From a virus (taxonomy: Duplodnaviria > Caudoviricetes), in the IMG/VR virus record IMGVR_UViG_3300047300_000894, positions 1-61,976 of that record: a stretch of DNA of 61,976 nt, one strand, 5' to 3'. Below, piece after piece: positions 26,935 to 36,064 of this stretch. The position numbers and the translations under genes are program-made. A model generated the notes under the pieces. It ran no database searches and was not told the DNA's origin. It worked only from the letters and a program-made list of their open reading frames with translations. Within the stretch, counting starts at the first letter, position 1. Every line of letters begins with the position of its first letter.

Positions 26935-28911
26935 ATGGCACAACTACCTGATAATATAGTTTCAATAATGATGGTTGATAATGCTGGTGCAGTAGTATCT
27001 GTGCCAGTAGGAGATTTGTTTCCTAAAGCTACAAAAAAAGAAACTACACCCACATCTATTCCTGCAGCAGCGAATGTTACAAATAACTCAACTGTTGTAA
27101 CGAATACAGTAGAAAGTACAATCGCATTAGATATTTCCGCCGATGAAAACTATATACCTTTAGTTAATTCTGATGGCAATAATTTAATAAACTCCATACT
27201 ATTTCAACAAGGCACCAAAATTGGATTAAACACAGTCTTGCCTAATTATTCTTTTGATATAAAGGAGGGTTCTTTTAATGTTGATAGTGTTGATGGCACA
27301 AGTGGGTATAAAATTAATGGTAGAAATTTTGCTTACGCAAAAAATGCGGGGAACACCATTTATTTAGGCGACACAAGATATAGCTCAATAAATCTTAATA
27401 ACCTATATATATCAAGTACCATTGAAACTCCTGTACTGACTTACAATAAGTTATTACAAGTTCAGCCAGATGGCAAGGTAGTTACGGTTCCTGCGTTTAC
27501 TGCTGGTTCTATAATTTTTAGCGATGGTCAAATATTAAAACAAGATAACGCTAATTTCTTTTGGGATGACACAAATAATAGATTAGGATTAATGAACTCT
27601 GCACCATTGTATACATTAGATGTAAATGGTGTTGCAAGATTTCAAACATCTCTTATTACTCCCGTAATTGGTAATAGCGGAGGAATTACAGCGAATGATA
27701 CTTGGACGTACACATCCAACATAAATGTACCCGTAACGCCAACTGATGCAACTCACGCAGCTTCAAAGCAGTATGTAGACAACACAGCTCTTACTGGATT
27801 AAAGCTTGGTGCATCCGTAAAAACAGTAGCATTATCGAACACAGGGCTTTCTGGATTATCTGATATAACAGGATACACTCCATCAATTGGAGATCGTATT
27901 TTAGTCATTGGTCAAACAACGCAATCTGAAAACGGAGTTTATGTTGCTGCCTCTGGTGCTTGGTCAAGAGCTACAGATTCAGATACAGATGCAGAGCTTC
28001 GGGGATACCAATACTTAGTTACTGCGGGGACTAACATTAACTATAGATATGGCAACACTAATCAATCTGCCATTACAGTAGGTAGCACATCTATAACATA
28101 TCAAACTATTTCAGCAGGTGAATCAGACCCAATTTTTACGGCTTCTCCATCGTTTGGAATCACATCTACTAACATTACTAATTGGGGAACTGCTTATAAT
28201 CGGTCTGCTGTATCTCTTGCTTTTTCTGGCACATCGACAAAAACACTAACGCTAACAAAGCAAGATGGGACTACATTGTCCGACTCATTTACTTTCCCTG
28301 TGACGAGCGTTTTTGGTCGTAGTGGAGATGTAACACTTGGGTCTTCAGATGTTACGTCAGCGTTAGGATATACCCCATATAACGGTGCGACAAACCCAAA
28401 TGGATACTTATCTACTATTAACTCAAGCCAAGTCGTAGCTGCACTTGGATTTACTCCATATAATTCAACTAATCCAAATGGATACATAAGCGGTATAACA
28501 TCATCGATGGTTACTACTGCTCTTGGATTTACGCCTTTGTCATCTTATACGGAGACAGATACATTAGCTTCTGTTACAGCGAGAGGTGCTTCAACATCAA
28601 CACCCATAACATCAACAAGTACCATTTCGGCAACGGGTGGATTCTTTGAGTCATCAGATATTAGATACAAAAACATATTAGGAACTAACCCCGATATTGA
28701 TGTATCCAAAATCGACACAATTAAATATATGCGTACAACGTACGAAAAAGATAGAATTCGCTATGGATATTCAGCTCAAGATGTCTATGATATAATACCA
28801 GAGTGTGTAAATAATGATGGGGTGTCTTTGTCAATTAACTATACAGACATCCATACATTAAAGATTTTGCAATTAGAAAAGCGTATCGCAGAGTTAGAGG
28901 CTAAATTATAG
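26935..28911 (+). CDS. Second tail fibre with an S74-like C-terminus
   Basis: HAASKQYVD, GDRILV..QT...ENGVY, ALGFTPYN repeats and SDIRYKN...YGYSAQDV. Confidence 0.8.
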   Translation: MAQLPDNIVSIMMVDNAGAVVSVPVGDLFPKATKKETTPTSIPAAANVTNNSTVVTNTVESTIALDISADENYIPLVNSDGNNLINSILFQQGTKIGLNTVLPNYSFDIKEGSFNVDSVDGTSGYKINGRNFAYAKNAGNTIYLGDTRYSSINLNNLYISSTIETPVLTYNKLLQVQPDGKVVTVPAFTAGSIIFSDGQILKQDNANFFWDDTNNRLGLMNSAPLYTLDVNGVARFQTSLITPVIGNSGGITANDTWTYTSNINVPVTPTDATHAASKQYVDNTALTGLKLGASVKTVALSNTGLSGLSDITGYTPSIGDRILVIGQTTQSENGVYVAASGAWSRATDSDTDAELRGYQYLVTAGTNINYRYGNTNQSAITVGSTSITYQTISAGESDPIFTASPSFGITSTNITNWGTAYNRSAVSLAFSGTSTKTLTLTKQDGTTLSDSFTFPVTSVFGRSGDVTLGSSDVTSALGYTPYNGATNPNGYLSTINSSQVVAALGFTPYNSTNPNGYISGITSSMVTTALGFTPLSSYTETDTLASVTARGASTSTPITSTSTISATGGFFESSDIRYKNILGTNPDIDVSKIDTIKYMRTTYEKDRIRYGYSAQDVYDIIPECVNNDGVSLSINYTDIHTLKILQLEKRIAELEAKL

Positions 28912-28913
28912 AT

Positions 28914-31091
28914 ATGAGTGCTTGGACGACAATGAATGTCAATAAGATTGTTACTTACGCAGACTTAGCAGCAGCTATTTCTTCGGGTGACCTATATCAA
29001 AAAACGGCATTCACGTCTTCCGCTAAGGGTGTAAAGAAATCTGATATATCAACATACATTTATCTTGACGAAACATATTCAGAGTATACATCACGTTCGG
29101 CAAATCAATTGCTTCCGAGAAAAGCTATTGTAGCTACCACTCCTTTTTATAATCTAAATCTTACAAGTTCTGTGTCTCCAAGCACAGTAACAGCGGGGAA
29201 TAATGTAGTTTATACAATTAATGTAAGGAACGATGAGGTTTTTACTACGTCGTCTTCTGTGCCATTGTCTATATCATTTGCAAGTAACACATCTTATGTT
29301 AGCTACACAATAACATCTGGCGTAACATCTACATTTATTGGCGGTGTACTAACAATAACAAGTGCTATTGCATCGGGGGCGACTGTTGTAATAACAATAA
29401 CTTGCTCAACAACAAGACCGACAACAGGTGGTTCAGGATTAGTAGCTATTCCATTAACAGCTCAATATAGCCCAACTAACTCAACTACAGCTACTGGGTA
29501 TTTACAATTTCCTACGTTTGAGGTAGAAAAGGTTGCTAAACAAAACGATGGGACAACTGACATTGCTGCGGGGACAAATTTAGCATATAACACAACATTT
29601 ATATACTTACTTAAAGTAAGGAATGCTACAAGTAATCTTTATTCTTCAGATACCGTACTAACAGATGTATTGCCATCAAATCTTACATTTGATAGTTTTT
29701 ACACACCTTTACCTTCGGGATGGACATCTAATTACAATTCAACTACAAGAACAGTTACATTTAGTAAGTCGGGCGTATTGCACGGATCAATATTTAATAC
29801 ATTTATTTCACTTGGTATTAGGGTTATTGCTTCAACTGAGAATGTAACATTGAGCAATAATTTTACAGCATCGGGGGTAGGTATTAATAGTAAGACAAGT
29901 GCTAATTTTGATTTAACTGTAGGATACAATACATCTCCAATATTGACATCACAAGGGTATTCTACTTGCTCTTCTTGTACAACATACACCGTATATAAGG
30001 ACACAAATATTCATTCATCTACATACAATCAATATTATGTAAATGGGACTGCTGTAGGAACTACTGCCCCAAGTAATGGTGCTTGTGATTATTCATCTCA
30101 ATACGAAAACACTGGACAAATTTATTGCTCTGGATGTAACTCATATTTTGTGTATGCACATAATTATACAGCAAAACCTTGTTACACTGGTTCCCCGTAT
30201 CAAATTAATGGAGTAGGTTGGAGTTACAATCCAGCAACAGGTGCTTGCGACACAAGTGCAAATTACTCAAGTTACATTGGGGTTATGTGTGTTGGATGTG
30301 TAGAATATGCTGTTTATCAGAATACAAATGGATGTTTTACGGGGAATCAATATTATTCTAATGGAAACACTTATTCTTCAAGTCCAGTAACAGGGTCTTG
30401 TTCATCCTCTGCAAACTATGCTTTTTATGTAGGGCAAACTTGCATTGGATGTACAACTTATTCTGTATACCAAAACGTGAATGTGTGTTTCACGGGTGAT
30501 CAGTATCAAGCTGGGGGAACTACATATACAACTAATCCAACAACATCAGCTTGTAATACAACTCAAAATTTAGTTAACCAAGGCTATTCGACTTGCTCAG
30601 GCTGTTCCAATTATACTGTTTACAAAGATACTACTACTTGTAGCTCAACCTATAATCACTATTTTGTAAACGGAGTTGATGTTGGATTATCAGCTCCATC
30701 ATCTGGCTCGTGCAACTATGCACAAAATCTTGTTTTTCAAGGTTACAATACTTGCATTAGCTGCAACTCATATGGGGTGTACAAGGATACAAATACTTGC
30801 TCTTCTACTTATAATCATTATTTTGCAAATGGAACAGATTTGGGTACGTCAGCTCCTTCATCAGCAGATTGTGCTTGTTGCGAAGAAATATCTATTTCAA
30901 ACAACAGCGGTAGTGAGGTTTATATTGAATGGTTACCTTGTTCAGCAGGAAGTAATAGTAGCTATTGGTTGCAAGATGGCGAAACAATTTATTTTTGCCG
31001 TAATACTAATGCTTCTTTTAATACAGGCGGATTAGGATATTCTGTAGGAGGATCTTGTTCTTATAATGGATATACAATATACACTACATAG
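28914..31091 (+). CDS. Virion adhesin-like protein: two DUF11/Ig-like domains plus Cys-rich repeats
   Basis: VSPSTVTAGNNVVYTINVRN and VLTDVLPSNLTF motifs, and about 6 repeats of CxxC..Y.VY..TN.C. Confidence 0.7.
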   Translation: MSAWTTMNVNKIVTYADLAAAISSGDLYQKTAFTSSAKGVKKSDISTYIYLDETYSEYTSRSANQLLPRKAIVATTPFYNLNLTSSVSPSTVTAGNNVVYTINVRNDEVFTTSSSVPLSISFASNTSYVSYTITSGVTSTFIGGVLTITSAIASGATVVITITCSTTRPTTGGSGLVAIPLTAQYSPTNSTTATGYLQFPTFEVEKVAKQNDGTTDIAAGTNLAYNTTFIYLLKVRNATSNLYSSDTVLTDVLPSNLTFDSFYTPLPSGWTSNYNSTTRTVTFSKSGVLHGSIFNTFISLGIRVIASTENVTLSNNFTASGVGINSKTSANFDLTVGYNTSPILTSQGYSTCSSCTTYTVYKDTNIHSSTYNQYYVNGTAVGTTAPSNGACDYSSQYENTGQIYCSGCNSYFVYAHNYTAKPCYTGSPYQINGVGWSYNPATGACDTSANYSSYIGVMCVGCVEYAVYQNTNGCFTGNQYYSNGNTYSSSPVTGSCSSSANYAFYVGQTCIGCTTYSVYQNVNVCFTGDQYQAGGTTYTTNPTTSACNTTQNLVNQGYSTCSGCSNYTVYKDTTTCSSTYNHYFVNGVDVGLSAPSSGSCNYAQNLVFQGYNTCISCNSYGVYKDTNTCSSTYNHYFANGTDLGTSAPSSADCACCEEISISNNSGSEVYIEWLPCSAGSNSSYWLQDGETIYFCRNTNASFNTGGLGYSVGGSCSYNGYTIYTT

Positions 31092-31093
31092 TT

Positions 31094-31124
31094 TTGTAAC
31101 AAATTTTGCCTAAATTTGTTACAA
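31094..31124. promoter_or_regulatory. 13-bp perfect inverted repeat overlapping TAnnTTTG elements
   Basis: TTGTAACAAATTT-TGCCT-AAATTTGTTACAA. Confidence 0.7.
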
Positions 31125-31138
31125 CCAAACAATATGCA

Positions 31139-31402
31139 ATGAACAAATTTCTAACTATCGTTAAAGCTTGGGGAACGGCTATGTTCCATACGGAAGAGCA
31201 AAAGGCACTTGCAGATGAAAGAATGAAAGTCTGCGAACCTTGTGAAATGTTACAAGAAGTAGATGTCAAATCAATAACAGGCTCAATTGTAAACAATTAT
31301 TTTCAATGTGGTGCTTGCGGATGCCCAATTGCGGCTAAAATCTACACCTCCCCAGATGTGCCTAAAGAACAAAAATGCCCAAGAGGTAAATGGGAAAACT
31401 AA
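31139..31402 (+). CDS. Small Cys-rich metal-binding protein
   Basis: CEPC, CGACGCP and CPRGKW motifs. Confidence 0.75.
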   Translation: MNKFLTIVKAWGTAMFHTEEQKALADERMKVCEPCEMLQEVDVKSITGSIVNNYFQCGACGCPIAAKIYTSPDVPKEQKCPRGKWEN

Positions 31403-31415
31403 AATCAAATATATA

Positions 31416-31613
31416 ATGAAGAAATTTATTTTAATTACCACAAGAAAAGGCGAGGCTATCGTAAGAAGCTGGGTTGACGTAGAAAAAATTATTCAGTTTT
31501 CACAGAACTCAATTACACAGCAAGGGCAAAATGAGGGAGTTTGTGTATTTGCAGATGGAACAACTATTGATATTATCGCATTCAACGAAACTATTGATTC
31601 ACTAAATAAATAA
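31416..31613 (+). CDS. Hypothetical protein
   Basis: Likely start MKKFILITT. Confidence 0.6.
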   Translation: MKKFILITTRKGEAIVRSWVDVEKIIQFSQNSITQQGQNEGVCVFADGTTIDIIAFNETIDSLNK

Positions 31614-31622
31614 AACCAAACA

Positions 31623-32054
31623 ATGGCTCAAATTACATTAAAATTACACGAGATTCTTACGTTAGAAGCAGAGCTTAATGGCTTTGTTAATCCGCAAACG
31701 GGAGAGAAAGTATTAGATGGATTCTTAAAAGAGAAACTAAATCTAAAAACAAAATACTACTTAACAAAGTTATCCGAGGAGCTTAAGAAAGAAAAAGCTA
31801 CATTAGATGGGTTGCGGGACGAACTGATTAAGGAGTATGGAGAGGAAAAAGATGGCACAGTATCTTTGGACACATTTATTGAAAAGGGAGACAAAAAAGA
31901 AATTAATCCTAAATTTGTTGAGTTTCAGCAAAAATATACCGAACTTTTAAACGAGGATAAGGAAATTGATTACACTCCTATTTCTATTAATAATTTAGAT
32001 GCGGTAGAAAGTAACGAGAATTATTCTGTATTGTTCAAGTTAATTGAAGAGTAA
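31623..32054 (+). CDS. Hypothetical helical protein
   Basis: Clean ORF with an AACCAAAC leader. Confidence 0.7.
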   Translation: MAQITLKLHEILTLEAELNGFVNPQTGEKVLDGFLKEKLNLKTKYYLTKLSEELKKEKATLDGLRDELIKEYGEEKDGTVSLDTFIEKGDKKEINPKFVEFQQKYTELLNEDKEIDYTPISINNLDAVESNENYSVLFKLIEE

Positions 32055-32188
32055 TGACTGATAGTCAATTAATTTTATTGGGAGTAATTATAGGGGCGAT
32101 AGAGTTATGCTTCGTCGCCCTTTTAACGTATATTATTTGGGTAAAGCGAAAAGATTTAGATATTACCTATAAAAAGATTTTGCGTTAA
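32054..32188 (+). CDS. 44-aa single-TM protein (not in ORF track)
   Basis: MTDSQLILLGVIIGAIELCFVALLTYIIWVKRK..., TAATG-coupled to the previous gene. Confidence 0.55.
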   Translation: MTDSQLILLGVIIGAIELCFVALLTYIIWVKRKDLDITYKKILR

Positions 32189-32209
32189 ATTCAATATGTT
32201 TTACCTTTG
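32179..32209 (+). promoter_or_regulatory. Promoter TTTG-N19-TACCTTTG for the lysis cassette
   Basis: Full Bacteroidota consensus. Confidence 0.7.
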
Positions 32210-32228
32210 TTGGGTAATATATTAATAA

Positions 32229-32432
32229 ATGAATGATAATCACCCTTCAGTTGGAATACTAAATATTGTATTGGCATTTGCTGGTGCCGCTGCTTCTATG
32301 GCACTTGCCAATATCCAAATAGTAGTAAGCATATGTGCTGGTATAATGGGTATTATTTCAGCGGGATTCGCAATAAGATATTATTGGCACAAGACAGAGG
32401 AAGTGATTAAATCTAAAAAAGATGTTGACTAA
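32229..32432 (+). CDS. Holin-like membrane protein
   Basis: Two TM helices and a basic tail, upstream of the endolysin. Confidence 0.6.
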   Translation: MNDNHPSVGILNIVLAFAGAAASMALANIQIVVSICAGIMGIISAGFAIRYYWHKTEEVIKSKKDVD

Positions 32433-32736
32433 TTTCTTTAAGGATGGAAAAGGCAACTATTCTCATACACGACTCATTTCGATAATTGGGTCGTTTTGCG
32501 TTTTTGGGGTATTCTTATATATGCCCGACAATAAAGGGATTCAAGACTTAATGACAATATTGCTTTCAGGATCATTAATAAACGCTACAGCATCTAAATT
32601 TGCCGAAAAAACTAAACAAAAACAATATGGTAACGAGTCAGCAAGCTCTGAAGAAATATGGGACACCGAGCCAGAGCAACCCAAATCTAATCCTATGGGA
32701 CGTTCCCGCAGATCTGGAAATAGGAGTAATTCCTAA
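32422..32736 (+). CDS. Second holin-like membrane protein
   Basis: FFKD..G.YS.TR motif and two hydrophobic segments. Its C-terminal tail overlaps the endolysin gene. Confidence 0.55.
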   Translation: MLTNFFKDGKGNYSHTRLISIIGSFCVFGVFLYMPDNKGIQDLMTILLSGSLINATASKFAEKTKQKQYGNESASSEEIWDTEPEQPKSNPMGRSRRSGNRSNS

Positions 32737-33046
32737 AAGAATCTATTGCAATAAAGATATGGTAGCCCCTTTAACGGCTGCATTTAAAGCTCTTATCTCA
32801 ACTGGCTGCGTTACAGAACTAAAGACTTGGGATGGGTGTTTTAATATTAGAAAGAAGAGGGGCTTATCTTCGATGAGTCTACATTCTTGGGCTATTGCTA
32901 TTGATGTAAATGCTTTTGAGAATGGTCTTGGTCAGACTCCAAAGCTATCTAAATTGTTTGTTTCTTGCTTTACTAATAATGGATTTGATTGGGGCGGAAC
33001 TTGGACTCGCAAGGATGGAATGCATTTTCAACTGTCAAAGATATGA
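32627..33046 (+). CDS. Endolysin, M15 family Zn peptidase
   Basis: FNIRKKRG...SLHSWAIAIDVN...WGG.W...DGMHFQ. Confidence 0.88.
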   Translation: MVTSQQALKKYGTPSQSNPNLILWDVPADLEIGVIPKRIYCNKDMVAPLTAAFKALISTGCVTELKTWDGCFNIRKKRGLSSMSLHSWAIAIDVNAFENGLGQTPKLSKLFVSCFTNNGFDWGGTWTRKDGMHFQLSKI

Positions 33047-33492
33047 GATACCTAATATTCATTGCTCTACTAATTGTAGTGTCATCTTGCACTCGTAAAT
33101 CTACTACGAACATAAATAAAGAAACTGTACGGATAGATACTTTTTATCGCTACCGTGAAATAGTGAAAACTATTCCCCAAAAAGATTCTATTGTTATATT
33201 CAATCCGTGTGACAGCACAGGAATTATTAATAAGTTTTACGCACAAATATCTATACCTAATGGCAAAGTTAAAATTGAAAGCAAAGACAATCACATTATC
33301 GCATCTGTTGTGGCGGCTGAAACTACGTCGGTTGTTGATTCCACTAAAATCAAAGAAACTAACAAGAGTACTTCTACTGTGGAAAAAATCATTGTAAAGA
33401 ATGTAATTCCATCGTGGATAATTATTGTTCTATTTATTGAAACTTTAATCATTTTGCTTTATCTTTATTTCAAGTTTATATTTCCTCGATAA
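33043..33492 (+). CDS. Unimolecular spanin-like lipoprotein
   Basis: Lipoprotein signal MRYLIFIALLIVVSSC plus a C-terminal TM helix; ATGA-coupled to the endolysin. Confidence 0.7.
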   Translation: MRYLIFIALLIVVSSCTRKSTTNINKETVRIDTFYRYREIVKTIPQKDSIVIFNPCDSTGIINKFYAQISIPNGKVKIESKDNHIIASVVAAETTSVVDSTKIKETNKSTSTVEKIIVKNVIPSWIIIVLFIETLIILLYLYFKFIFPR

Positions 33493-33629
33493 TGGCAAAA
33501 GCAATTCAAGGTAGTACATTTAAGCCAAAAGCTAAAAAAAGCAACAAAGGCGTACACGCAAAAACAAAATCATCAAAGGGTAAAGCATCTAAAAACTATG
33601 TAAAACCCTATAAAGGACAAGGCAAATGA
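33492..33629 (+). CDS. 45-aa Lys-rich basic protein (not in ORF track)
   Basis: MAKAIQGSTFKPKAKKSNKGVHAKTKSSKGKASKNYVKPYKGQGK, coupled to neighbours at both ends. Confidence 0.7.
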   Translation: MAKAIQGSTFKPKAKKSNKGVHAKTKSSKGKASKNYVKPYKGQGK

Positions 33630-33826
33630 GCAGCTATCATATTCATCCTGACAACTATAGTGAAGATGAAATATTGGAGATTAAGAAAGTTGCTTTTATT
33701 GATACCAAATTATCAATATTAGAGACTACTCTTGAGTCGTTAGAGTTAATTGAAGATAAAGATTTAAGGTTTGATTTAGAGTCTAAAATTGCCGCTAAAA
33801 TTGGCAGATTATTAGATAAGATTTAA
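33626..33826 (+). CDS. Hypothetical protein
   Basis: ATGA-coupled ORF. Confidence 0.6.
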   Translation: MSSYHIHPDNYSEDEILEIKKVAFIDTKLSILETTLESLELIEDKDLRFDLESKIAAKIGRLLDKI

Positions 33827-33856
33827 TTGTGTGTTTTTCATTTTGTTTTAAAAGCA

Positions 33857-33885
33857 AATCCCTTGATTCTATGAGTCAGGGGATT
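33857..33885. terminator. Intergenic hairpin/terminator
   Basis: AATCCCTTGATTC-TAT-GAGTCAGGGGATT. Confidence 0.6.
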
Positions 33886-33908
33886 CTCGTATATAATAAA
33901 AAAATGAT

Positions 33909-33916
33909 TAACTTTG
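33909..33916 (+). promoter_or_regulatory. -7 element TAACTTTG
   Basis: TAnnTTTG upstream of the tail ring genes. Confidence 0.55.
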
Positions 33917-33940
33917 GTCTAAATTAAAAAATAAAATACG

Positions 33941-34618
33941 ATGCCAATTTCTATCGTTGATGCTCACGATTTTATTCGCAGCATCATTAAAAAAAATAAA
34001 GCTGGGTTTGTGTCCCCAAAGGATATAGATAGAGCAATCAATAGAGGTGTTGCTGATTGGATGAGTGCAGTTATCTATAAGTACCACAAGACTGGGAAAT
34101 TTGAGTACGATCACTTGCTTGTAAAGAGGGCAACGTATACAGTAGCCTCTAACACAAGTGTGCAGGACTTGCCTGCTGATTATGTAGAGGGATTAACAAT
34201 ATATCACACAAATGAAAATTCAGTTCAGGTTGAAGGAACGCTATATTCGTGGGATGAATTCCTTGAGGTTAAAAATAGTTCGATACTTGCTCCTGATAGA
34301 GCTTATCCTGCTGCGACAATATATCTTGATACGACTGGTACTCCGAAAATTGAATTTGCACCAATACCTCCATCGGGTAATTACACTTTTACATTTGTTT
34401 ATATGAGAAAGCCAGCTACTGCATTTTATAATGCTGTAGTTGTTAACGGCAATATTTCAGCTTCTAATTCGGGGAATGTTGATATCGATGTTTCTGATAG
34501 ATACTATTCAGATATTGTTACTCGTGCACTAATGTATTTAGGCATTACATTAAGAGATGGGGATGTTGCTTCAACTGAAGGTATGATGGATGCTAACCAA
34601 AAAAATGACGAACGATAA
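33941..34618 (+). CDS. Tail adaptor/ring protein
   Basis: DLPADY and YMRKP motifs typical of podovirus adaptor/ring proteins; position supports the call. Confidence 0.65.
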   Translation: MPISIVDAHDFIRSIIKKNKAGFVSPKDIDRAINRGVADWMSAVIYKYHKTGKFEYDHLLVKRATYTVASNTSVQDLPADYVEGLTIYHTNENSVQVEGTLYSWDEFLEVKNSSILAPDRAYPAATIYLDTTGTPKIEFAPIPPSGNYTFTFVYMRKPATAFYNAVVVNGNISASNSGNVDIDVSDRYYSDIVTRALMYLGITLRDGDVASTEGMMDANQKNDER

Positions 34619-35271
34619 TGGCAACTACAAAATATAAAATATCGGAACAAGTTCAGCGTATATACGCAAGGTTTCTTGACAAAGATAACCCATCAGATGT
34701 AATTGACTTGCGTGAGGTCAGGATACTTGTAGAGCAGTCGCTTAATAAAGTTCTTAAGATTCAAGTAGCTGAATCATTCAAGGCTGGAAGCATAGATGTT
34801 CCTAAGTGCAATCTTATTCAATACACAAGAACTGTTACATCTGATCCTACCAATAATAGGGCTTATATTACATTACCCGCTATCCCATTGACATTACCAA
34901 TGGATTTGGGAATTTGGAGCATTTCTGCGACGAATGCTGCCGCAACTCCATATATCCCTATTCCATCTCAAGATGTACTTGTTTTTGGGACGATTGCAAA
35001 TGGAACAAATGTAAGCTATTTAGAGGGTCAAGTTGGTTATTATTTACAAGGAACAAAAGTTTACTTTACTAAAGACATTACATTGTCTGCTAACGGAAGC
35101 ATCTCATCTGTTCTTGTTAACTTATTAGTAGCTGATTTTTCTCAATTAACAGATACAGACTTATTGCCAATTTCACCAGATGTTGAGACTGCTGTAATTA
35201 ACGAGGTTCTTTCGGTAATTAGCAATGGTCGTGTAGCACAAGCTGAAATAGCAACTCAACAACAACAATAA
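34618..35271 (+). CDS. Tail ring protein
   Basis: Size and position in a run of three ring-like genes. Confidence 0.55.
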   Translation: MATTKYKISEQVQRIYARFLDKDNPSDVIDLREVRILVEQSLNKVLKIQVAESFKAGSIDVPKCNLIQYTRTVTSDPTNNRAYITLPAIPLTLPMDLGIWSISATNAAATPYIPIPSQDVLVFGTIANGTNVSYLEGQVGYYLQGTKVYFTKDITLSANGSISSVLVNLLVADFSQLTDTDLLPISPDVETAVINEVLSVISNGRVAQAEIATQQQQ

Positions 35272-35273
35272 AA

Positions 35274-36032
35274 ATGAAGACTAAATCTATAAATATAATC
35301 GTTAGGGATGCGTTATTAGATAACGGTTTACCATTGCATTACTACACCCGTTACTTGCATCACGCTCTTCGTATTTTAGATGAGTTGTCGATGGATTATG
35401 ATATGGGTAATATTAAGAGCGTTGTATTGAGTACAACATCTTATCAAAGAGCTATATTGCCTACCGACTTTGTTGATGTAGTTGATGTATCTGCAAAACA
35501 CGGAGAGCGTTTGCTTCCAATGGAGCGTGATAGAACATTAAATAAAAATTACAATCGTGATGAGGCGGGAAATAAAATTCCATATCCTACCGATACAAAT
35601 ATCAACTACGATTCAGAGTTCAACTACAATTTAATTTCTGGTGCCAACAATTTAAATACAAGAGGGGAATTGGTTGGGCGTTACTACGGTAAGCAACGCA
35701 AGCCGTTGTTGACATTTGATATTGATACAACTAACTCTGAGCTTGTATTTTGCAATACAATGTCACTTACAGAGGTTACTTTAACTTACATTACATCATC
35801 TGTGTCTAAGTCCACAGCAAATACTGTTACGCCATACGCTGTTGATGTTATCACAAAGTATATCAAGATGATGGCTGCTGCGGCAGATGGTGCTAAGATT
35901 GGTATTTTTCAATTGGCAAAGCAAGATTTTGACAACGCTAAAAGAGTGTTTAGAGCTCGAATGAATTCTATGGATTACGCTGAGATTATTGGCTTGATTA
36001 GAAAAGGAATTCACGGTAGCATCAAGAACTAA
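35274..36032 (+). CDS. Tail ring protein
   Basis: ILPTDFVD motif and position. Confidence 0.6.
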   Translation: MKTKSINIIVRDALLDNGLPLHYYTRYLHHALRILDELSMDYDMGNIKSVVLSTTSYQRAILPTDFVDVVDVSAKHGERLLPMERDRTLNKNYNRDEAGNKIPYPTDTNINYDSEFNYNLISGANNLNTRGELVGRYYGKQRKPLLTFDIDTTNSELVFCNTMSLTEVTLTYITSSVSKSTANTVTPYAVDVITKYIKMMAAAADGAKIGIFQLAKQDFDNAKRVFRARMNSMDYAEIIGLIRKGIHGSIKN

Positions 36033-36064
36033 TATTTAACAAAGCTCATTTTAACATTTAACAA

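Noticed and set aside
19846-31091. Diversity-generating retroelement acting on the fibres
   Set aside because: No reverse transcriptase gene and no template/variable repeat pair differing at adenines.
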